Assembly: GCA_965112155.1 (NCBI GenBank)
Contig: OZ218098.1
Strand: one strand, 5' to 3'
DNA length: 64,000 bases
From: Podarcis liolepis
Taxonomy: Eukaryota
Shown here: in pieces, positions 50,401-60,600 of the stretch
Layout: each line of letters begins with the position of its first letter
Numbering within the stretch: position 1 is the first letter of the stretch
Position numbers and translations under genes: made by a program
Notes under the pieces: generated by a model
The model's input: only the letters and a program-made list of their open reading frames with translations
The model's database searches: none
Told to the model about the DNA's origin: nothing

Positions 50401-53400
50401 AGCTAAAATTGCAGATGGAGGCAAGAAGCAAAGGTATGAGGCAATAACCAAAACTTACAGTATAAGCAAAAGTGTTAGAAAGCTCATTATGTCTTGAAGG
50501 GGTAGCTATGAGAGCCTGACCTGCAGACTAAGCTCAAAGTATCATAGTAATTTCATAAGGTGACATCATACGGTACACAGAATTCATGGGTCTTTCCTCT
50601 GTATTATAAATTAGGAAGGGTATTTCTATGTTATTAATCTGCAGCAAATACATAGTTTAAGAACATTGGGGTTTGATTGTGGTAAAAGTTTCACAAAATA
50701 ATGTATTTTATCCATTGGGCGCCTTTTTTGTTTTTAAAGTGGCTTCAGTGGAAGCAGAAACAAGATACTGATTCATTATGTTTAATTGTAGCAATTCTTT
50801 TTTTGCCCTGGGAACTTGCTAGATTTTCATTTTCTTAAATTTTAACCCTCCCAATGTTGTTGGGGTTTTTTTTTAAAGCCACAAAACAGAGTCCTTTAAA
50901 AAGAAAAGAATTAAACTGGGGAATCTTTTAGAAATAAGTGCATCCTGCTGTGTTTTCATAATAGGTGCTGTATTAGCAAGCTGCAGTTCTTGTGCCACTT
51001 CTGCCCTCAGCCTCAGGCAGAGGACTTGAAACTGGCAGTGGCAAGCACATGGATCACTCTGCCCAGACCGTAATTTGAGGGGAAGGGAAATCGTTGCTTT
51101 TCAAACTGGAGGTGGAAATGTCATTAGTAATTAGTGATTATTGAGTGTAGAAAATATATTGGGATTCAGAGGCTGGATTAGCAGATTTTTGAGGCAACTT
51201 CAACTCAAAAATTCTGTGTCTGGAATCTGGATTCTCACGGCTGTATTTCTTCATAGTGACTGTGGTAATTTACTGCTGATTTCACTGTATTTACTTTCTG
51301 AGGCCGTACAGTCTTATGGACATATAGTATCTTAGTTTTCACTTGGAGAATGGAGTGCAGGAGGCAGGTAGCTATCTCTCTAAAGAGTTAAGTTTTTACG
51401 TAGAGCACCATTTTCATGTCAGGAAAAACCAACTCTGCAGGAAAAACCGAAGTAGTATTGTTCTGTGAGAAGACTGTAGTACCAGAGTAAGTGAACATTT
51501 AAATTGGTTTATATAGTCACTAAACTCCTGGGTTCTCACTTGGGTCAAATAACCTTTTTCTAATGAAGGAGTAGCCACCATTGTCCTCTCCAACTCCCAT
51601 CTTCAACCATTGACTGTACAGGCTGGGGCTGGTGGGTCCAAAATTGGCACTGTATTGAGTGCCCCTGTTCTAATCAAATGACTGCTCCACCATTTTATTT
51701 ATTAATTGCATGTATTTTTCCTTGCCCTTTGTACAAGTAAAGCTTAGGGTGGGAATTTGTCCTTCTCCTCCCCCCCCCCACAAGAGCCTCAAGGGATAAG
51801 GAAGGGGAGTCACTCAGTACAATTCATGTGGCTGAGAGGAGCTTGAACCTAGTCAAGCAACTCAGCCCACCTGAATCTTAACTCAAGACTTCATCCTATT
51901 CCAAGAATCTTTAGGGCAGCCAGATGAAAGAGAGGGAGCACGCCTGCTGAAATTCTCATTTCCACACAACTATTAAAGGTGTATGAGCCCTTTTCCTTAT
52001 TTGGATCTGGCCCCTCTGTGAAGAAGTGAAGCATGTCTGCAAAATTAAATGTTGCCTAAATCTGCTTATGCTATTTTTGAGAATGCTTTTGCCATTTATA
52101 CAAAATAAAAGGTGTGTGGAATCTATTAGTAACTGTTCATACCCAGTACAGGAAAAAAATGCCTGATCTTCCTGCTCCTGTGGTTAAACATTGGGGGGGG
52201 GGCAGAAATGGAGGTGTCATAATTTTTGTTATAAACCTAGAATTACCCACTTAAACTTAAGTCCCTGCTTCTCTAAGAACATATAGCAATCAATGCAAAC
52301 TGTGTTGGTCTTATAGTGTGCTGCCATCAGGTGTCCATTTGCCAGAATGCAAATACAGTGGTCACAAGGAGAAAGCTGTAGAAGTTCATTGCTTTTAGTT
52401 TACAAAAAGCTCCTTGAAGTTTGACATTATGTTTTATGCAGCTGTGTAGTTCATATTTATCTTTTTGCATGAAAACAGTTTACAGGTGTTTTATATCTGA
52501 GAGTTGCAGGGGTTTTCTCTCTCTCTCTCTTGCATCGTTTTCATGCAGCATTCTAACTGATTTTGTCTCCTTTTAATCTGTTGCTAAACTGTCACGTTGG
52601 GGCCACCAGACAAACCTCAACATGGTGTCATTCTTTGAAATGTATTTAATCAATTTTGTTAGGTTAACTTTTATTTCAAAAAACCCCAAAACTTTACTGG
52701 CAATCCAAAGATCAAAAGCTGCAGTCACACCATCTGTCCAGCTGTATATTTTACCTTTTGCTGAACTGATTTTTTCTAAGACAGAAAAAACCCCACCCCT
52801 GACTCTATATGGAATTGTATGTATATTTCATAATGCTAAAGACATGTATTTCTACATAAATGTTAGCAATACTAGAGTATGCTGTCCTTTGCATGTGATA
52901 GTTCCATTTTTCTTTTTAACCCAGGGCAAGGGAAAATTTACTCCTCTGGATGTTATTTTACTACAACTCTCATCATTTGATACCACCAGCCATGCTGACT
53001 GGGGCTGATGGAAGTTGGAGTCTAACAACATTTGGAAGGTTCCAAGCTACCCTCTGCCTTAGTATCCCTCTTTTTCTTAACAAACCTCAAAGCTGGTGCT
53101 ACTGATTCAGTTCACCTTAGCCTAGGGTACAATGCTCTTCTGGGATGCCAGTCCACCCAGTGAATACCAATGCTCTGGAACCTTTTGCATAGAATACTAT
53201 TTTGGACCCCCCCCCCCCATGAATATGTACTTAAAAAACAACAACTAAGGAAATGGTTTTTTTTTTTTTAATGTGCCAGTATTTCAGAAAACAAGAGGAA
53301 GTAATGCTAATGAAACTCATATATGACAGACAGAAATCTAAATGTAGGAAGTATGCCATGTCCATATGTGGAAAACACTGTGCCACAGTCCATTCTTTAG

Positions 53401-56400
53401 TTAGGAATAGAAGTTCCGGCTAATGTAATCCTGACATTCATTACTTTAATATATTACTGAACTGGACTACAGAAACCCACTGCAGTAATACATGAACTGG
53501 ATCTTAAAAACATCTAAGTTCTGGTGTTTGTCTCTGCCTTCCCACTTTGCAAAGTGGCTTCTACAGTGGTACCTTGGGTTACATACGCTTCAGGTTACAT
53601 ATGCTTCAGGTTACAGACTCTGCTAACCCAGAAATAGTACCTTGGGTTAAGAACTTTGCTTCAGGATGAGAACAGAAATCGTGCTCTGGCGGCGCGGCAG
53701 CAGCGGGAGACCCCATTAGCTAAAGTGGTGCTTCAGGTTAAGAACAGTTTCAGGTTAAGAACGGACCTCCAGAACGAATTAAGTACTTAACCCGAGGTAC
53801 CACTGTACAGGATAGGATCTACATATTTAGCATGCATTAATCCTATTGTCCCAACTTTCTCAGACTGTTGCTGGATATTTCTATTCTGCTTTTCAGTCTA
53901 AAGAAACAAATGAAAAAATTGTCTCTGCTTACAAAATGACGACAAACCGTGATGGGCCTTGCTCTAGCAAAACATGAACCTTTGCATGGACTTCAGTGAA
54001 AGTGTTCTACTTATTATGCCAACTTGAGACACGAGAGAGAGTACAACTGTAAATCCCCTTACTTGGAAGTAAATTCATTTTAATTATTTCCACTTGTAGT
54101 AAATGGCAATAGCATTTACATCTACTGCAGCAGAACTGCAGAGCCACCCTCCTAACACCAGGGCTGCTGCTGCTTACCTGGATGGGGTTGGGTTGGAGTG
54201 GTAGCCCTGAAGGGGCCAGTCTGGTGCTCCTGCCAGTACACCTGTGGTCCTGACCTTGCCACCTCCCAGCCCAGCAAGCCCATCATATGCACCACTACTG
54301 AAGCCAAGGCAGACTTAAATACATTTGAGCCAATTGATTTCAGTGGTTTATGTCCACTTAATTTTGTGCTGCATTGTGGCAAATCTTTGTCGTCAACAAG
54401 TTGCAAACGATGCAACATTATCATCTTTGAAATCCATTATAATTGCCTTCAAATGGTGAATTAAAGCACTTGAGCTCTAACTTGGCTCACACAAGTCTGC
54501 AGATTGAATTTGATGGTAATTTCAAACAGGGCATCTTTCCCCATGAAATATGAGGTGATACGGCTGCATGAGACTACTACTGTCCCAAATAAGCTAAACA
54601 TTTAAATCAGATCTTGCGATAAAGAGTTTAAGACTGAGGTGACAGCTTTAGCAGAATTTCACTCATGACACAGAGGCAAACTTTCTCTCTAAGTATATGC
54701 ATCTATTATATGCATGGGTTTTTTAAAATACATATTGGATGTTTATATATATTCTTAAATGCTGTATATCTTTAAAAAATGCAAAGCATTAAGTAGTCCT
54801 ATAGAACTAGTTTATTCAGCTCTTTTGATAGCTCATTATCCTCTTTCCTTTATTCTTCTACTTTGTTTCATCCTGATTTCCTACCACTTGCTGTGCTGTG
54901 AATTGGTCTTGCAGTAGAGCAACCTAGAAAGCATAGTAGTCATAATCAGACTACTGAACCAGACTTGTAAATATAACCAAGGATAAAGCTGTAGCTGTTT
55001 GGACACAGCATCTGAGCTACCAAACCATTGGGCTAAACCCATGCAGTTGCAATTCTGTCAATATTAGAAGAGATGTACTGAATACTGTTTTGAATTTGGA
55101 TCGTGTTCTTAAGTGCACGCCTGACTGCCCAGCTTGGAAAATCAAATAAACTTTATTCTAGCAGATGACCGTTATATGTAAATAGTTTGGAACCCTGGGC
55201 TCAGTAGTGCTGCTTGTGGTGGGGCTGAGCTGCAGGGGTTCACCAATCTAGTGGTCCTACTGTTGCAATCATTATCCCCAACCCACACCACTGGCCTGCC
55301 TTGCTCCAGCCCTCTCTAGGTAAGCAGTAGTAATGGTTTCTGGAGTCCAACCCTGATGCATCACATGTGCTTGGCCTGCAAAAGTGAATCTGTCTTTATG
55401 TACGAAGTAATCTGTGTTTGCTTAATTGACCCTTTTTCAATAAAACTGTTGTTATTTCTTTAAAGGAAAAACTGGATGACTTCTTGGCTTGTTCTCACCG
55501 GTCAGAAAATAGAATTTTACAAGGAATCCAAGCAGGCAGCCGCGGCCAATCTGGTAAGCAGCTCACTTTCTTACGCCTTTTTCTTTTTCAGAAATGTTGT
55601 TGAACATAAAGTTTGGCATCATAAAAGAGCACACAACTATTAAGCCTTAGACTTCTAAGATCTGATGTAAGAAAATGACTCAATAAACTTTTAATCAGAT
55701 GAGAGAGGAGGGGAAATAGAACTCAGCATATCTTTTATTAAGAGGTGCTTTTTGAAAATAATTGCAAAGTGAGACGGATGGTGAGTGGCTCTCCAGTAAT
55801 GTGGAGGTAACACTTTAAATTAAGGTGCCAGTTATAAATGCTTTATTCTTATTTATGAAATGATCTCTAAATGCAACTACTTCCTCAAATAATGTATTAT
55901 AAAGTATGTTATAAAATGCATTAGTAATAAATGCTTAACAGATGAGGCGATGAGAATCTGTTACAAAGGATATTATAAGACGTAAATTGTATTAAACCCT
56001 GTGTATGCATCTTTAATACATGAATTTAAGTTGCTATTGAGCTTGCTGTAAAGTGACTTGCATATCATAAATAATAATAAAGTAGTTATAAATGGCACCT
56101 TAATATAGGGTGTTACCAAAGAGCAAAACACTGTAAGTTAGCAAAGTGATTTTTATCTTCATATAAATGTGACATATTCTACATCTGGCTAACATTTCCT
56201 GAATATTCCTTATGACTCTATCTAATATAGTTAATGCACCTCAAAGTAGAATTCAGTATACTTTTGGGGAGGAAAAGTTCCTCGAGGGGAGACCTTCGAT
56301 TGTAGCCTTCAGATATGTGACAGATATGTTGTACAAATAATCACGGCATGTTTCCCTTCAGTGCTAGCTGCTGCTGAGATTGAGCCTCCTCTATTCTGGA

Positions 56401-57645
56401 CTCCGGAAAAACAGAGAAATCCATAAATTAGTGACACTATAGACTGAACAAGGAAAGGTTTGACAGAGCCCTATTGTGATGGCTTCCCAAGGCTTGATCA
56501 AACCTGCCATACCATATTGGTTTGATGGGTGACCAAAAAGGTGCACTATATGACAGGAGTCAGAAACAATAAATAAATTTAGATATGTTAGGTGATATGG
56601 AGCCCCCTGCTTGTTTCCTTGCTTTTTATTATTTTGACCATTGGAACTGTGAGCTATAGGGAAGCTTGTCCTTCTCCTTCAATGGTTCATTATGGGAATG
56701 AAGGAGAAAATGTGTTGTATATCTCTTGCTGGTAATATGATAGGCTTTTATGCTGCAGTGATAACATAGTATGTTTCCATTTTCAAACAAAATGTGTATT
56801 AAGTGAAAATGGACTGGAACCTGAAGTTATACTGTCACATGTTTGTTCATAAGATTCACATTATATTCTTAAATAACACTTGCCATATTAATTATGAATT
56901 TGCAGTTCCAGTACTCAGAATTCAAGATTGCTGCCTGGATCCTAAAATCCTTGGATTATTTAGATTGCACAGCAATCACAATTTGTGATCATCAAGCTGA
57001 TACACAGGCCACAGAAGTCCTGCATTATGGCATTCCAGTTGCTTAATTGTGCTGCTTTTGCAGTCCAAAAGTGGGCTGTGTAGTTTATCTATTTTGGTGT
57101 TTTGAGTGCCAGAGTATGGCTGGAGGGGCAAAATGATCCTCAAAAGTCTTCTTTTATTTCTGCATGTTTGTTCCCTGATTGGCAGCTACTTTGGTCCTGA
57201 TGGAGTTGTTTGCAGATTGGAGACGTCTTCAGGAGATGATGGAGAAAAATGCTTTGTTTAGAGGAAGCAGTTTAAATCCAAGTGGGGAAATGTTCCATTC
57301 AAAGAAAGTGATTTGAATCCGAACTGGTTCCTCCAAACAGAGTTTACCCCCCCCCCCTTTGCAGAGATCTGTAGTAGTTCTAGCCACCTGTCACAGTTAA
57401 GTTGGGGGAATGAGGGATTTGGCCTGTTGGCCAAATTCAATTCCCCACCCTGATTTAAAGTACCTCTAGTGGATACTCCAGTGGTTGTTTTATCATCATC
57501 AGCCACAGAGGAACAAAAAGGGCAGGAGCTTAAGGACAGATTGAGTTAGCCCCCAGGAACCTGAATCTGTAACTCAGTCTTTGCAAAGGAGTTTTTGGAA
57601 CTGCTGGTGGCTCTTAGGACCAACCCTTCATTTAGTGTCTTCCAG

Positions 57646-57697
<52 letters not shown>

Positions 57698-60600
57698 TAA
57701 TAATAATAATTTTTTATTATTTATACCCCGCCCATCTGGCTGAGTTTCCCCAGCCACTCTGGGCAGCTCCCAATCAGTGTTAAAAACAGTACAGCGTTAC
57801 ATATTAAAAACTTCCCTGAACAGGGCTGCTAGGATGACTGCTAGGACTGGCCGCTAATGCTGTGGTGGGATGCACACTAGCGATGCCAATGGAAGGTGGA
57901 TTCAGGGTCTCAACTGAGACTGGCAGGCTCATCTTTTCAAGAAGTAAGCTTTTCAAAGAGTCTGATTTCATTCCTTGGTGAAAATAAAAGAAAGCCACAG
58001 CACATCATTCCTTTCAGAACAACAGTTCAAGGGAATCTACCAGTTTCAGGTCTAAGTAGCAATGTTCCAAGTCCACTAAGTCTTAATCTAGATCCTCCAG
58101 AGGAGCATCATCATCCCCAAAAGGCAACTAGCCCCAGCCCAGCAACTGATGCCAAATTGATCAACTTCCTCAGTCATGTTGAAGACCTTTTTCAGGCTTC
58201 ACAATGAAGTTGTCCACCACCATGAATGCATGGGTCAGAAAGGCAGGTTCAAAAAAGTTTGTCAAGAGGCCAAGGAACAGGTTTAGGGCTTAACCAAAGT
58301 CCAGATGTAGGAGGAAACATGGATTGAGGGTGCAAACCTTCCTTTCCAATAGCACCTCCCTATGGTACAGCCCGTTAAATCTGGTACTTTTGGTATTTGG
58401 AGAAGTGGCTTCTTATGCACCACAAGCAGCCGCAAATGGAACATAAACTTGGGAAAGGGCCAGTGAATGCACAAATGTGCTTGGGCATGCAAATAGGCCA
58501 GTTTGGCTGTTGTGGTTTTATTATTGTTATTATTTTCTAAGGGAATAGAAATGAAGGCACTGTTCAATCAACAGATAATAAAAAAATGGTCAGATCATAG
58601 GATCCAGCCTTTGCCACAAAACAATGAACTCATTATATTATTTCATTAATGTCTAAATTATCCCATTGCTAAAGTACAGCTGCTCAGAACTCCCCCCCCC
58701 CCAAGCCTAACAATCTGAAAAAAAGTTCTTTACCAGAAGGAGTCTATGGAGGCAAGCTTATTTGTTTCTGATGCAGCTAATGTGATGTTTGCAGCAAACC
58801 ATTCATCCTACTGTAATTTTTGATAGGAGCAAAGGAAGCAAATGTACACATGTGATTTCATTAAAAATTATTTGTTTACTGATTTTACTTTCAAGTATTG
58901 TTTGCTTTAGAGAACGGAAGAATTCAACCATTAATTAAATACCGTAATATTCATTCATTGAGGTATGAATTTAATAACACAGCAATCTTATTTTGGGCAT
59001 GAAAATTATGCAATTTATTACAAAGATGGATATGTTCTTAATAATCAGGAATTAATGAATTAATACATTTATGTTTTAAGTACTGGGTATAAATTGATCG
59101 TTTCTTTTAAAAATGAAACAAAAAAATGAAGCACAATATTTCAGTGCAACAGTTCCATTTCAACAATATAGAGGGAGAAATAAAAGTGCATTCCAATAGA
59201 CCTTCATACCCTTACATATATGCAGTTACATTTGGAAATAGCAAGAAACAAAACTGGACTGAGTTAATCATTACTAGTTTTTAAATAACAATGTCCTTAT
59301 ATATTTCAGAAGATATCCAAGTATGATAAAGCAACATATAGACCAAGGTTGCTTCCAAATGGAGCCATAGTATTACAAACTGCTCATTGAATCAATTATT
59401 AAATTGAAACTCCGTAATCTGGCTGAAGTGTGTTGTCTGTCAGAACCTCATGAGTACATTAGGACTATCTAGAATCATTTAAGCCCTGGCTTGTGATACC
59501 ATTTGCACTGACAGGTCCTAGCAGCTTGCTCTTTGAGGTTTCTTTATCATGCAGGGAACCTACCTAAGTATAAAAGGCTCCCTGCTGGAGAAGTTAAGCC
59601 CCAATATGTGTGTGAGAGAGAGATACGGACATGCAGGAGAAGGCAGGTCCAATGGACTCATCCCTATTCTCCCCTTGTACAATTATAATTGAGGGCAGGG
59701 AGAAAGAAGAGCTATTGAATAGGGTCTACATTTGACATTGCACGTGTGCAACTCTGCTAAACATCATAGATGTATAAAATAAAGTGGTGTGCATTGCGGA
59801 CAGGCAGTGCCTCTAAAATGTGTATTGCAGACTCATTGAATTTTGCCTTCCTTTCAATTGTGTATTCTTCAGTTTTTTTCATCAATTGCTCTGACTGTGG
59901 TATAAAAATACTCTACTACTGTGTATCCTTCAGATTCAGTTGTCAGCAACATTCTATAAGGGAAATGTCTTTTTAAACACATTTCCATTTTGACATAAAA
60001 TTCTAGTCCACTATACAGTATACATTTTTCTCCCGCCAGATAGTTTATTCAGAACAGAGGGTATTTTACCTCAGGTTATTAGCCCTTCTGCACACTAATT
60101 TACTGAGTGAAGATGCCTTCCAAATCCATATGCATGGAGAATAAGATTTCATTGTAACAGGCACTTGTAGCAATTTACAGGCACAGTCCCTTCCAATGGC
60201 TTTGATGTAACATAATTGGTCTGACTGAAGAACCCAAAGCAAGGACATTCGAGTGTTGGAGGGAGTCCTCATGATAGCTTTTACTCACGCTACTGGAGGA
60301 AGGGTGTAGGATTCCTATGAATTTCATAAAGCAGAGGAAAGACGAAGATGTTTTAAATGCTTCGGATGTGTGTGTTCTATTCAGTACTGGATACTGACAA
60401 ATTAAACACGCCCCCCACCCAGATGTCTCTCTTTAGTTTATACATTCAATATAACATTCTGGTAGGCTCTGGGGCAGGTGAGGGTGTTTTAGTCTGTCCA
60501 TTCAGGTGATCATGGTAAAGAAAGGACAGTGAGAAGGATTCATAAGAGACACAAAGACATTCTGTATTTCTTGGTCGGTTCAAGGAGCTGGGTAACAGGT

